DNA of 64,000 nt. Source: an uncultured Clostridia bacterium (GTDB taxonomy: Bacteria > Bacillota > Dehalobacteriia > UBA4068). The stretch is from NCBI GenBank assembly GCA_944393575.1, contig CALYAP010000014.1:2819-66818 (forward strand), given 5' to 3'. The translations under genes and the position numbers were made by a program. Below are positions 17,552 to 28,034 of the stretch, one piece after another (position 1 is the first letter of the stretch; the number at the start of each line of letters is the position of its first letter). A model generated the notes under the pieces. It searched no databases. It was not told where the DNA came from and worked only from the letters and a program-made list of their open reading frames with translations.

Positions 17552-18039
17552 GCAAAGATGGAATCCCCACTCAGGAAGACCTGCAACAGGTTATTCCTGC
17601 TGAAGAACGGTTGCAAAAAGGGCCTGTAGCTATTTTAGAATGTTTCCAAAAAATACCTTGCGCTCCTTGTGTTAAAGCTTGTCCTCAGGGTGCGATTACT
17701 ATTGGCAAAGATATCAATGAAATCCCTGATTTTGATGCTGAAAAATGCATCGGTTGCGGACAATGTATTACCAGCTGTCCTGGACAAGCAATTTTTGTCG
17801 TTGATATGACTTATAGTGATGATAATGCTTTAGTCAAATTCCCGTTTGAGTTTGTGCCTTTGCCAAAAGTCGGACAATATGCCTGTGGTTTAGATCGGAG
17901 CGGCGCGGAGATGGGTTGGTTTGAGGTCGCTGAAGTGATTGCCAGTGGAGAGCAAAACAAAACCTATATTATTGCCCTCAAGGTACCTAAAGAATTGGCG
18001 ATGCAAGTGAGAAATATCAAGGTAGGAGGGTATAAATAA
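17545..18039 (+). CDS. 4Fe-4S dicluster ferredoxin-domain subunit
   Basis: CAPCVKACP and [12 protein letters not shown] motifs; start overlaps the upstream stop. Confidence 0.8.
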   Translation: MLSKDGIPTQEDLQQVIPAEERLQKGPVAILECFQKIPCAPCVKACPQGAITIGKDINEIPDFDAEKCIGCGQCITSCPGQAIFVVDMTYSDDNALVKFPFEFVPLPKVGQYACGLDRSGAEMGWFEVAEVIASGEQNKTYIIALKVPKELAMQVRNIKVGGYK

Positions 18040-18329
18040 TGGCTGATCAGACTATTGTTTGCCGTTGTGAAGATGTAACCAGAGAAGATATTTTAGCGGC
18101 GATTAATGCTGGCTGCCGTACTTTAGATGAGATAAAACGAGTCACTCGTGCGGGGATGGGACCATGTCAGGGACGGACCTGCCGTAATCTGATCGCCCAA
18201 GAGCTGGCAAAAATCTATGGGATATCGGTAGAGGATGTACTGATGCCTACCTTCCGTGCTCCGGTGGAACCAGTTAAGGTTGGCGTCTTAGCCCAGGCCT
18301 ATCAGGAAGAGGAAGGAGAGAATAAATAA
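18039..18329 (+). CDS. BFD-like [2Fe-2S]-binding domain protein
   Basis: CRCEDVTREDI...CQGRTCRN. Confidence 0.8.
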   Translation: MADQTIVCRCEDVTREDILAAINAGCRTLDEIKRVTRAGMGPCQGRTCRNLIAQELAKIYGISVEDVLMPTFRAPVEPVKVGVLAQAYQEEEGENK

Positions 18330-19492
18330 TGAAAAAAGCCTATGATGTTATTATCATCGGCGGCGGTATCGTTGGCTGCGCGGTAGCCTTTGAGTTAGCC
18401 AAGCGTGGCCGTTCGGATATCCTGCTTATTGATAAAGAATACCTCTCTTCTGGTGCTACCGGACGCTGCGGGGCCGGTATCCGTCAACAATGGGGCTCTA
18501 TGCTCAATGCTACCTTAGCTGTTGAGAGTACGCATATATTTGAAACATTGGAAGATTATACCGGATATGACCGCTCCTGTGGTCTGAATCAGTCCGGTTA
18601 TCTGCTGTTGGCTTATACTGAAAAAGAATGGGAGCAATTTCAGGAAAATCTTGCTGTACAGCATAGCCTGGGTGTTGATTCTTTCACTGTGGGGTTGGAC
18701 GAGAATATTTATCAGTATGTCCCCCATATCAATACTGCTGGGTTATATGGAGCTACCTTTTGCCAGAAAGATGGGCATGCTGATCCTTTTCATTGTACTT
18801 TTGCTTATGCTCAGGGTGCTAAGAAGATGGGTGTAGATATTCTCACTTACACCCATGTCGATCAGATTTTGGCAGAGCAGGGCAAGGTCAAGGGCGTTCT
18901 TACTGATCAAGGTGAGTTTAGCGCTAACACCATAATCAACTGTGCCGGGGGATGGGCCCCGGGATTGGCTGCTCAAGTAGGCGATGAGATACCAGTTTTT
19001 CCCGAGAGGCATCAGATTATGGTTACAGAGCCAGTGGCTCCATTAGGTGCTGATGGCAAATATATGCCGATGGTGATGTCCTTTTCTCGCAAGTTTTATG
19101 TACAGCAAACACCGCATGGCAGCTTAATCATGGGTATTGGCGAAACAGAACCGATTAGTTTTAATATCAATTCGACCTGGCAGTTCTTGGAAAAATGTAG
19201 TAAGGTTGTTACTGATACTCTTCCCGCCTTAAAAGAGCTTCGCATTGTGCGGCAATGGGCAGGTCATTATGATATGAGTCCAGATAGAAGCCCAGTCATT
19301 GAATTTTCTCCCCATGCAGAAGGGTTAGTTACTATATGTGGTTTTTCGGGGCATGGATTCATGGTAGCTCCAAGAACTGCCATCTTGGTGGCTAATGCCT
19401 TATGCGGAGAAGATGATAGTATTGATATCAAAATGTTCGCCTCCTCCCGTTTTCAGTCTGGCAAATTGCTCTTAGAGCCATCCGTTGTTTGA
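18329..19492 (+). CDS. FAD-dependent oxidoreductase (DAO family; sarcosine-oxidase-beta / HcnC / proline-dehydrogenase-beta-like)
   Basis: MKKAYDVIIIGGGIVGCAVAFELAK dinucleotide fold; ~387 aa. Confidence 0.85.
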   Translation: MKKAYDVIIIGGGIVGCAVAFELAKRGRSDILLIDKEYLSSGATGRCGAGIRQQWGSMLNATLAVESTHIFETLEDYTGYDRSCGLNQSGYLLLAYTEKEWEQFQENLAVQHSLGVDSFTVGLDENIYQYVPHINTAGLYGATFCQKDGHADPFHCTFAYAQGAKKMGVDILTYTHVDQILAEQGKVKGVLTDQGEFSANTIINCAGGWAPGLAAQVGDEIPVFPERHQIMVTEPVAPLGADGKYMPMVMSFSRKFYVQQTPHGSLIMGIGETEPISFNINSTWQFLEKCSKVVTDTLPALKELRIVRQWAGHYDMSPDRSPVIEFSPHAEGLVTICGFSGHGFMVAPRTAILVANALCGEDDSIDIKMFASSRFQSGKLLLEPSVV

Positions 19493-19561
19493 TTTGGATG
19501 CTCAAAAGTTGTCGTTATTTGTCTCTTGAGACTGATCTAGCTGGATGCTATAATATTAAAG

Positions 19562-20557
19562 ATGGGTAAAATTATTCCAATTACAACCAAAAACACCCCT
19601 AAAAGACACTGGCACAAAGGCCATTTGTTAATAGCGGCAATAATATTAGGGGTTGTCATCTTTTTGTTGGTGACGCTGATTAGCTTTATTAATTACTTAA
19701 GGCTCGATATGGTGCGGGCAGAACTTGGTACCATCGATACCTTTTTCAAGTGTCCGGTGGTAATTGTTAGGAGCGAATCAGTGATTTATGCTCCTGATTA
19801 TGGCCAATTTATCCCTACTGTAGAATCTGGCCAAAAAGTCAGGGCAGGCAGTACTATCGGCTATATGACAACAGATACGGATCAGAATATTGATACAGGT
19901 AGCACTGCGGTGACTACGGATATCGGCGGTTTGGTTTTTTATGATTTGGACGGCTGGGAGGAGCTGCTTACTCCGGATAATATTTTATCGGTTGATTGGC
20001 AGCAAGTATTTGCCCAAATGTCTACCGAAAACAGTGACTCTACTGATACGGAGGTGGATAGTGCTCCGGCTAACCTAGGAACTGGCCGGAAAGTAGCTCG
20101 TGTGGTGGATAATCTTGCCGATATTTATGTCTGCTTATTCGTTGAAGAGGATATCACTCCATATCTTAATGATGGCAGGATTAGCTTACGTTTTGAAGGC
20201 TTGCCGGAGGGTTATACTTTGACCGGTTATGTGAACGAGGCGGAAAACATCACCAGCGAAGATAGGTATATCATTGCCAGCATTAATGTAGAGGATGATT
20301 TTCTAAATGAATTGCGTTATGGCGAGGCTGATGTGGTTGGTGAAACTACCAGCGGAATAGAGATACCTAAATCAGCGGTTACCACCAACGATGAAGGTCA
20401 GACCGGTGTTTATATTAAAGATAGAAATAAATTAGCTTTCTGTGAAGTAGAAGTTTTAGGCGAGAGCGAGGAGACTGTTATCGTCGAAGGTATCAGTGCT
20501 ACTGATATGGTTGCCAGCAATCCTAGCTCTGCTAAAGTTGGACAAAAAGTGTATTGA
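19562..20557 (+). CDS. membrane-anchored protein with HlyD/periplasmic-adaptor-like C-terminal beta domain
   Basis: Single N-terminal TM, then soluble domain ending in a beta-rich segment; family not confidently recognised. Confidence 0.4.
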   Translation: MGKIIPITTKNTPKRHWHKGHLLIAAIILGVVIFLLVTLISFINYLRLDMVRAELGTIDTFFKCPVVIVRSESVIYAPDYGQFIPTVESGQKVRAGSTIGYMTTDTDQNIDTGSTAVTTDIGGLVFYDLDGWEELLTPDNILSVDWQQVFAQMSTENSDSTDTEVDSAPANLGTGRKVARVVDNLADIYVCLFVEEDITPYLNDGRISLRFEGLPEGYTLTGYVNEAENITSEDRYIIASINVEDDFLNELRYGEADVVGETTSGIEIPKSAVTTNDEGQTGVYIKDRNKLAFCEVEVLGESEETVIVEGISATDMVASNPSSAKVGQKVY

Positions 20558-20567
20558 GGTGATAAGA

Positions 20568-21251
20568 ATGACCATTGCAGAGTCTATTGCAAAAGTAAGA
20601 GAGAATATTGCCAAGGCGCAGGCTAATAGCCAGTATGCAGCTTCTTCGGTTCTACTGTTAGGTGTTACAAAAACTCAGACAGTAGAAAAAATGCGCTTGG
20701 CCGAACAGGCAGGTATTACTGATTTTGGGGAAAACCGTGTTCAGGAAATGATGTCTAAATATGAGGAATTCCCCAATATTAACTGGCATCTTATCGGACA
20801 TTTGCAGACGAATAAAGTGAAATATATCATTGGGCGTACTGTTTTGATCCATTCGTTGGATAGTATTGCCTTAGCTGAAGAGATAGAAAAACGCAGTGGG
20901 GCTGCTGGCATTATTACTAATGCCTTGGTTCAGCTCAATATTGCTGAAGAAGAGACTAAAAGCGGCATTCATGAAGAAGAATTAGCTGATTTTTTGGAAG
21001 CGATGGCTGATTATCCTCACTTGCGCATCCAAGGCTTGATGACTATCGGCCCTCATGTGGAGGCCCCAGAAGAGATTCGACCTGTCTTTGCTGAACTACG
21101 TAAACTGTATGAACGAGAAAAGCAAAGAGATCTGCCTCATTTGGATTTCCGCTTCCTTTCTATGGGGATGAGCTATGATTACCCGATAGCAGTTGAAGAG
21201 GGCGCTAATATAGTGAGAGTCGGCAGCAGTATTTTTGGCGCGAGAAATTAG
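20568..21251 (+). CDS. YggS/YlmE-family PLP-binding homeostasis protein
   Basis: LLGVTKTQ, HLIGHLQTNKVK, alanine-racemase-N fold; start MTIAES after RBS GAGGTGA. Confidence 0.9.
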   Translation: MTIAESIAKVRENIAKAQANSQYAASSVLLLGVTKTQTVEKMRLAEQAGITDFGENRVQEMMSKYEEFPNINWHLIGHLQTNKVKYIIGRTVLIHSLDSIALAEEIEKRSGAAGIITNALVQLNIAEEETKSGIHEEELADFLEAMADYPHLRIQGLMTIGPHVEAPEEIRPVFAELRKLYEREKQRDLPHLDFRFLSMGMSYDYPIAVEEGANIVRVGSSIFGARN

Positions 21252-21338
21252 AATTTTGCAGGAATTATCCGTTTTTACATAGAAGTAAAACAGATAGCTG
21301 TTTATTTTGCACTTTCAATCACGAAAGGAGAGATATTA

Positions 21339-21845
21339 GTGGCTGGTATAATGGACAAAGTTAGTGACTTTTTCTTTAAAAATGAGGATGATATTGAAGA
21401 ATACAATGATTTTTCTGAGCCGGTAGGCGATGCCTCCGCTGATAAAGCTGCTTATAAACCACAAGAGAAAAAAGCGGTTAAGAAAACTAATTTGATTAGT
21501 GTTCCTTCCAAAAGTAAAAATGCCGATAATTTGGAGATCGTTCTCTTTAAAGCGGTTACCTATGATGATATGCAAGAAATCGCTAGAACTATCAAAGAGC
21601 GCAAGATAGCTGTAGTGAATTTTGAAGATATGGATAAAGCTGTTGCCCAGAGAATGGTAGATTTTCTCTCCGGCGCTGCCTTTGCCCTCGATGGCGTTCC
21701 GCGTAAGGTTTCTGGAGGCACCTTTATCTTTAGTTCCTCTCAGGTTGATATGAGCGGTCAGATTATGGAAGGCGATGGCGATTTTGAGGCAGAGGATTTT
21801 GAGAACGATGACCGTTTTTCCTCTAACCAATGGCTGCGCTCGTAA
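21339..21845 (+). CDS. sepF: cell-division protein SepF
   Basis: C-terminal VNFEDMDKAVAQRMVDFLSGAAFALDG matches the SepF core. Confidence 0.9.
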   Translation: MAGIMDKVSDFFFKNEDDIEEYNDFSEPVGDASADKAAYKPQEKKAVKKTNLISVPSKSKNADNLEIVLFKAVTYDDMQEIARTIKERKIAVVNFEDMDKAVAQRMVDFLSGAAFALDGVPRKVSGGTFIFSSSQVDMSGQIMEGDGDFEAEDFENDDRFSSNQWLRS

Positions 21846-21878
21846 GCGTTTGCCCTTTTAGCGAGGAGGTCTTTAGCA

Positions 21879-22139
21879 ATCGTTATTCAGATTATCAAGA
21901 CTATATTTAATGTTTATTATGTCTTGATTTTAATCAGGGTGATCTTTTCCTGGATCAGGGTGCAGGACAACTTTTTTACCCGTTTTATTTACGAGGTCAC
22001 TGAACCCGTACTAGGGTTATTTAGGCGTCTTATTCCACCACGCCCTAGTTTCCCTATCGATCTTTCTCCAATTATCGCTTTTGTAGCTTTACAGTTATTG
22101 GAATCCATTATAATCCAGGTGCTGATTCGCATATTATAA
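21879..22139 (+). CDS. YggT/YlmG-family membrane protein; probable non-canonical ATC/ATT start (the canonical-start ORF 21924-22139 would lack the first TM half)
   Basis: GAGGAGG RBS at 21864-21870 is 8 nt from ATC 21879; the in-frame upstream residues align with the YlmG N-terminus. Confidence 0.6.
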   Translation: MVIQIIKTIFNVYYVLILIRVIFSWIRVQDNFFTRFIYEVTEPVLGLFRRLIPPRPSFPIDLSPIIAFVALQLLESIIIQVLIRIL

Positions 22140-22261
22140 TTGGTCTATAAGTATTAACAATTCGCCGTAGGGCCAAGTGTGATAGCTATGCTCCTATGGC
22201 GAAAAACTTTTATGCTGTGATTAGTCAATATAAAGCAAGAAAGGTATTGGTAAGTAAACTT

Positions 22262-25039
22262 ATGGCAAAGCATGATCATGAGAATAAGACAGAATATGGC
22301 AATACGCTGAATTTACCCCAGACTGATTTCCCTATGCGGGGCAATCTGCCCCAAAAGGAGCCGGATATCCTGGCTAAGTGGGAAGAGATGGATATGTATC
22401 ACCGGATCGGTAAGAAAAATGCCGGTAAACCTAAATTTATCCTTCATGATGGACCTCCATATGCCAATGGCGATATCCATTTAGGCCACGCTATGAACAA
22501 GGTCCTCAAGGATATGATCGTTAAATATAAAAACATGACCGGTTTCGATGCGCCATATGTTCCGGGGTGGGATACCCATGGCTTGCCCATTGAGCAAAAA
22601 GCCATTAAGGACTTAGGGCTGAACCGCGATAAGGTCAGCAAAGCTGAGTTTAGAGAAAAATGCAAGGAATTTGCCATCTCTTATGTTAATATCCAACGTG
22701 AAGAATTTAAACGTCTTGGTGTTATCGGCGATTGGGACAACCCTTATTTAACTCTGCGTCCGGATTATGAAGCCATTCAGATTAAGGCTTTTGGTGAAAT
22801 GGCCAAGAAGGGCTATATTTATAAAGGACTTAAGCCAATTTATTGGTGCCCAGAATGCGAAACCGCACTCGCTGAGGCCGAGATTGAGTACGAGGATCAT
22901 AAATCTGCCTCTATCTATGTTAAATTCCAGGTAGCCGATGGGAAGGGGATTTTGCCTAAAGATGCTTATGTCATCATTTGGACCACTACCCCATGGACGA
23001 TTCCTTCCAACTTGGCAATCACCCTGCATCCAGATTTTACCTATGCACTGATTGCTATTCGTGGTGAAAAATGGTTGGTAGCCAAAGAGATGATCGATGC
23101 TTTTCTGTCTAGCGCCAAGATCGAAGATCCATATGAAATTATCCAGGAATTCATGGGTAAGGATTTGGAGTATATCACTTATAAACATCCGCTTTATGAC
23201 CGTATTTCTCCATTGATCTTGGGCACTCATGTTACTTTAGATGCCGGTACTGGCTGCGTGCATACTGCTCCTGGTCATGGTGCTGACGACTTCATCGTCG
23301 GTAAAAAATATGGCTTAGAAATTTATTCGCCACTGGATGATAAAGGACGTTTGGATGAGACCACTGGTCCTTTTGCCGGCATGCCGACCACTGAGGCCAA
23401 TAAAGCAGTCAGCCAAGCTTTGGAAGATTGCGGTGCGCTGATTCATTTCCAGCTTTTCTCCCATCAGTATCCGCATTGCTGGCGCTGTCATACGCCGATC
23501 CTTTTCCGTGCTACTGAGCAGTGGTTTGCTTCGATCGATGGCTTTAGAGAAAAGACTTTGCAGGAGATCGATAATGTCAAATTTATCCCCTCTTGGGGGC
23601 GTGACCGTATCTATAATATGATTCGCGATAGGGGCGATTGGTGTATTTCCCGCCAGCGTACTTGGGGTGTGCCGATCCCGATCTTTTATTGTGAAGATTG
23701 CGGTGAATATATCATTAATGATGATACGATCGAGCATTTACAGGAGCTGTTCAAAGAGCATGGTTCTAACTGCTGGTTTACTATGAATGAGGAGCAGTTG
23801 ATGCCGGCTAATTACCAGTGCCCTAAATGCGGGGGCAAGCATTTCCGTAAAGAAACTGATACTATGGATGTATGGTTTGATAGCGGCAGCAGCCATTTTG
23901 CTGTTTTGGAGAATAAAGAACGTTGGCCTGAGCTAAGTTGGCCGGCTGATCTTTATCTTGAAGGCAGCGATCAGCATCGCGGTTGGTTTAACTCTTCATT
24001 GTGTATTTCTGTCGCTAACCGTGGCGTTGCGCCGTATCATCAGGTGCTAACTCATGGCTTCCTGGTCGATGAGGAGGGTAAAAAACAGTCCAAATCTTTA
24101 GGAAATACGATCAGCCCACAGGATATCATTAAGGATTTAGGTGCTGATGTACTGCGTCTGTGGGTTTCCTCGACAGATTACCGTTCCGATATCGCTAACT
24201 CCCATGCCATCTTTAAACAGATGGGGGAGGCTTACCGCAAGATCCGCAATACCATGCGGTATCTGCTGGGAAATCTTTATGATTTTGATATCAATAAGGA
24301 TATGGTGCCCTTTGACCAGATGCCGGAACTAGAAAAGTGGGCGATGATCAAACTCCAGGAGCTGATCGCTAAGGTTCGCGCAGCTTATGAGGAATATGAG
24401 TTCCACATTGTTTTCCACGCTATCCATAAGTTCTGCGTGTTGGATATGAGTGCTTTTTATCTGGATGTAATCAAGGATACCCTTTATACAGAGAAACCAG
24501 ATAGTGCCAAACGCCGCAGCTGTCAGACTGTGCTCTATCATATAGCTCATGCACTTACTCGCTTGTTGGTGCCGATTCTTGCTTTTACCACAGAAGAAAT
24601 TTATCAATATCTGCCTAAGCCAGCTGATAGTCCGGAATCAGTGCTGTTGTTGGATATGCCAGAGGTTGATCCGGCTATTACCGACCCTGCATTGGAAGAA
24701 AAATGGCAGAAATTCTTGGTTTATCGAGAAGAGGTTACTCGGGCATTAGAAAATGCTCGCCGGGATAAGACTATTGGCCACTCCTTGGATGCGGCAATAG
24801 TGCTTCACCCAGATCAAGAGGCTTATGATATTCTTAATAGCGTTAAGGATGACCTGGCTCGCTTGTTTATTGTCTCCCAAGTTCAGCTGGCAGCGGCAGA
24901 TGACACTGAGGGATTGCAGGTAGAGGTTAGCCAGGCTCAAGGTGCTAAGTGCTCCCGTTGCTGGATTTACAGTGATACGGTTGGGCAGGATGCTGAGTAT
25001 CCGGAACTATGTGAGCGTTGTGCCTCGGTATTGAAATAA
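22262..25039 (+). CDS. ileS: isoleucine--tRNA ligase
   Basis: HMGH ([13 protein letters not shown]) and KMSKS (KQSKSLGN) motifs, C-terminal Zn finger; start at [21 protein letters not shown]. Confidence 0.97.
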   Translation: MAKHDHENKTEYGNTLNLPQTDFPMRGNLPQKEPDILAKWEEMDMYHRIGKKNAGKPKFILHDGPPYANGDIHLGHAMNKVLKDMIVKYKNMTGFDAPYVPGWDTHGLPIEQKAIKDLGLNRDKVSKAEFREKCKEFAISYVNIQREEFKRLGVIGDWDNPYLTLRPDYEAIQIKAFGEMAKKGYIYKGLKPIYWCPECETALAEAEIEYEDHKSASIYVKFQVADGKGILPKDAYVIIWTTTPWTIPSNLAITLHPDFTYALIAIRGEKWLVAKEMIDAFLSSAKIEDPYEIIQEFMGKDLEYITYKHPLYDRISPLILGTHVTLDAGTGCVHTAPGHGADDFIVGKKYGLEIYSPLDDKGRLDETTGPFAGMPTTEANKAVSQALEDCGALIHFQLFSHQYPHCWRCHTPILFRATEQWFASIDGFREKTLQEIDNVKFIPSWGRDRIYNMIRDRGDWCISRQRTWGVPIPIFYCEDCGEYIINDDTIEHLQELFKEHGSNCWFTMNEEQLMPANYQCPKCGGKHFRKETDTMDVWFDSGSSHFAVLENKERWPELSWPADLYLEGSDQHRGWFNSSLCISVANRGVAPYHQVLTHGFLVDEEGKKQSKSLGNTISPQDIIKDLGADVLRLWVSSTDYRSDIANSHAIFKQMGEAYRKIRNTMRYLLGNLYDFDINKDMVPFDQMPELEKWAMIKLQELIAKVRAAYEEYEFHIVFHAIHKFCVLDMSAFYLDVIKDTLYTEKPDSAKRRSCQTVLYHIAHALTRLLVPILAFTTEEIYQYLPKPADSPESVLLLDMPEVDPAITDPALEEKWQKFLVYREEVTRALENARRDKTIGHSLDAAIVLHPDQEAYDILNSVKDDLARLFIVSQVQLAAADDTEGLQVEVSQAQGAKCSRCWIYSDTVGQDAEYPELCERCASVLK

Positions 25040-25077
25040 AAAAGCAACATGCTTTTATCCGCCAAGGAGGATTGGAC

Positions 25078-26058
25078 ATGGTAGAGTTTATTGGTAAACC
25101 ATCGCAAGAGCGTATGGAGGTCTTTCGGGGGCGCAATATCATTGATATCAGCAGTCTGACGCGAGATGAGATTGAAACCATTATGCAAACTGCTGCTTAT
25201 TATGATAAGGCATTGACTGAAAAAGTCAGGCTCTATGATATGGACGGCAAGATCATGGCTTCTCTCTTTTTCGAGCCGTCAACCCGTACCAGATTATCCT
25301 TTGAGTCTGCTATGGAGCGCTTAGGCGGTAAAGTAATCTCTTTGACGGAAAGTACTACAGCGCAGATTTCCTCTACCTCCAAAGGGGAGACCCTTTATGA
25401 TTCCATCAGAGTAGTAAACTATTATTGTGATGTCATTGCCTGCCGCAGTCCTATTGAAGGCGCTAGACTGGAGATTAGCCGTGCCGCTACTGTTCCCTAT
25501 ATTAATGCAGGTGATGGTTCTGGAGAACATCCTACCCAGGCTTTGCTGGATGTCTATACTATCTATAAGGAAAAAGATGGCTTAGACGGACTGACTTATG
25601 CTATTTGTGGCGATCTAAAATATGGCCGTGCAGCTCATTCTTTCCTGGAAGCATTAGCTAAATTTTCAGTGAAGAAAATCATTTTAGCGTCACCGCAGGA
25701 ATTACGAATGCCAGCAGAATACCTGGCTAAGTTGAAAGATTCCAATATTGAGATTGAAGAATGTTATGATCTTGATTATGCTGTGGCCAATGCTGAGGTG
25801 ATCTATATGACCCGGGTACAAAGGGAGCGCTTTGCTTCTATGGATGATTATCTCCGCAATAAGGATCTTTTCATTATGACGCCCAACCATGTGGATTCAT
25901 TTATTGGTGACGCTATTATTCTCCATCCGCTGCCAAGGCTTAATGAGATTACCTTAGAAGTTGATGATTATCCTGGCGCTGCTTATTTTAGACAAGCTGG
26001 CAATGGTTTACCGGTGCGCATGGCAGTGCTGGCTTTGGTTACAGGTAGCGTTAAATAA
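25078..26058 (+). CDS. pyrB: aspartate carbamoyltransferase catalytic chain (E. coli-like), orphan, with no pyrI or other pyr genes adjacent
   Basis: STRTR, HPTQ and HPLP motifs; NAGDGSGEHPTQALLD and YFRQAGNGLPVRMAVLALV closely match enterobacterial PyrB. Confidence 0.85.
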   Translation: MVEFIGKPSQERMEVFRGRNIIDISSLTRDEIETIMQTAAYYDKALTEKVRLYDMDGKIMASLFFEPSTRTRLSFESAMERLGGKVISLTESTTAQISSTSKGETLYDSIRVVNYYCDVIACRSPIEGARLEISRAATVPYINAGDGSGEHPTQALLDVYTIYKEKDGLDGLTYAICGDLKYGRAAHSFLEALAKFSVKKIILASPQELRMPAEYLAKLKDSNIEIEECYDLDYAVANAEVIYMTRVQRERFASMDDYLRNKDLFIMTPNHVDSFIGDAIILHPLPRLNEITLEVDDYPGAAYFRQAGNGLPVRMAVLALVTGSVK

Positions 26059-26083
26059 ATCCTTGGGTTTGATGCTTACATGT

Positions 26084-26128
26084 TTCCCGGGTGAGTAGTA
26101 TAGCTGACCCGGGAAGTTTTATATTTTG
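26084..26128 (+). terminator. rho-independent terminator after pyrB
   Basis: ttcccgggt...acccgggaa stem plus GTTTTATATTTT. Confidence 0.7.
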
Positions 26129-26182
26129 CCTGTACTCTCATAACCTAGGCCCTATCAGGTATAATAGATATAGATACCAAAT

Positions 26183-26599
26183 ATGGGAATGATGAGAATG
26201 AAGCCAGGAATAAAGGTTTATCATCGTAAAAAATCAACAGAACAACAGGTAGAGATGGTTGAAGAGCAACGTGTCAGCGCAGAAGGCTCGGTAGTTGTCA
26301 CAGATCTCAAGTTGCCAGAAGAGCAATTGACCAAAGATGACATTCGTGCGCTCAAGGCTCTTGCTATAGATTTTGAAAGAACACTCGATTATTATCATCT
26401 GCGTAATCACCCCTGGCGCAATATTGTTTTAGGCCTGGTCAATGGTATGGCTCGTGGTTTAGGATTTGCTGTTGGTTTGACTGTTTTAGCGTTTATCCTA
26501 GTATCGATTATCCAGAGCCTTAATTTGCTCAATATTCCTATTATCGGTGATTTTTTGGCTGATTTATTGGAATATATCGATGGGGTACGTGGCTTATAG
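26183..26599 (+). CDS. small membrane protein (DUF5665-like), unknown function
   Basis: Charged N-terminal half, two TM helices in the C-terminal half. Confidence 0.5.
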   Translation: MGMMRMKPGIKVYHRKKSTEQQVEMVEEQRVSAEGSVVVTDLKLPEEQLTKDDIRALKALAIDFERTLDYYHLRNHPWRNIVLGLVNGMARGLGFAVGLTVLAFILVSIIQSLNLLNIPIIGDFLADLLEYIDGVRGL

Positions 26600-26623
26600 A
26601 CTTGAATTAGTGATGGAGGTCTT

Positions 26624-27106
26624 ATGTTTTGGATCATTCTTATCGTAGCTGTTGGCGTAGATCAGCTAACTAAATATTTGATCGTCAACTCTCTTGCTTT
26701 GGGTGAGAGCATCCCAGTAATAAATAACTTTCTTGATTTCACCTATACACTCAATGAAGGTGCGAGTTTTTCCATTTTGCAGGGCCAGCGGATTATTTTT
26801 ATTATCGTGACACTGGCAGTTTTGGCTATTATCTTTTTTCTCCTGCGCAAGATTCCTAAAGATATGAAGCTTTTCCGCGCTTTTATCGCTCTCTTTTGCG
26901 GTGGTACGATCGGTAATTTTATCGATCGTTTACATACTGGGGCGGTAATTGATTTTATTGATTTGGGCTGGTTCCCTGTTTTTAATATTGCCGATAGTTG
27001 TATTTGTGTTTCGGCTATTGCCATCTGCTTGATGCTGCTTTTTGGTAAGCCTGGGTCCTTATTGAGCAGTAAGAAAGAGAAGACCAATCATGAATCAAAT
27101 CAGTAA
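26624..27106 (+). CDS. lspA: lipoprotein signal peptidase II
   Basis: Four TM; NxxDRL and FNIAD motifs. Confidence 0.93.
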   Translation: MFWIILIVAVGVDQLTKYLIVNSLALGESIPVINNFLDFTYTLNEGASFSILQGQRIIFIIVTLAVLAIIFFLLRKIPKDMKLFRAFIALFCGGTIGNFIDRLHTGAVIDFIDLGWFPVFNIADSCICVSAIAICLMLLFGKPGSLLSSKKEKTNHESNQ

Positions 27107-28034
27107 ACAAAAATATACTTTAAATATAGCCACTGCGGACCAAGGGCAAAGGCTGGATGTTTATTTGGCTGGTCGGTATCCGCAATTTTCCCGTTCCTAT
27201 ATCCAGAACTTGATCAAAGGCGGTGCGGTCCTAGTCAATGGCAAAAAGGTAAAAACTGGCTATAGTTTGCTTAATGGTGATACGGTTACTATGGAGATCG
27301 CTGATGCTGTTTCTATGAAGGCAGAACCAGAAAATATCGAGCTGAATATCATTTATGAAGATAGTGATATTATAGTCATCAATAAGCCGCAGGGTATGGT
27401 GGTTCACCCCGCAGCAGGACATATGGAAGGGACTTTAGTCAACGCCCTCTTACACCATTGCGGTGATCTATCTGGCATCAATGGTGTGATCCGCCCCGGT
27501 ATTGTGCATAGGATAGATAAGGATACTTCTGGCATTTTGGTTGCAGCCAAAAATGATGCTGCTCATCTCGGCTTAACAGCCCAGTGGGCAGATCATAATA
27601 TCACGCGTGTTTATCATGCCTTGGTACATGGCGTGGTCGCAGAAGATAAGGGCACCATTGATGCTCCCATTGGCCGCCACCCTCGTGATCGGAAGAAAAT
27701 GACTGTGGAGCCGAATAAAGGCAAGAATGCTATTACCCATTATCGAGTTTTAGATCGTTTTGCTGTAGCAAATACTTCCTATCTGGAATTGACGTTGGAA
27801 ACTGGCCGCACCCATCAAATTAGGGTGCATATGGCATATTTAGGCCATCCGGTATTAGGCGACCCTGTTTATGGACGGAGAAAAGATCCCTATGATTTAG
27901 CTGGTCAGGCATTGCATGCTAAGGTGCTGGGTTTTAAGCACCCAATTAGTGGTGAATATCTGGAATTTGATAGCCCTCTGCCGCAATATTTCGAAGATCT
28001 TTTGACACGCTTCCGTGAGGAGGATAACCGATGA
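27090..28034 (+). CDS. rluD: 23S rRNA pseudouridine synthase, RluA/RluD family
   Basis: S4 domain plus HRIDKDTSG catalytic motif. Confidence 0.93.
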   Translation: MNQISKQKYTLNIATADQGQRLDVYLAGRYPQFSRSYIQNLIKGGAVLVNGKKVKTGYSLLNGDTVTMEIADAVSMKAEPENIELNIIYEDSDIIVINKPQGMVVHPAAGHMEGTLVNALLHHCGDLSGINGVIRPGIVHRIDKDTSGILVAAKNDAAHLGLTAQWADHNITRVYHALVHGVVAEDKGTIDAPIGRHPRDRKKMTVEPNKGKNAITHYRVLDRFAVANTSYLELTLETGRTHQIRVHMAYLGHPVLGDPVYGRRKDPYDLAGQALHAKVLGFKHPISGEYLEFDSPLPQYFEDLLTRFREEDNR

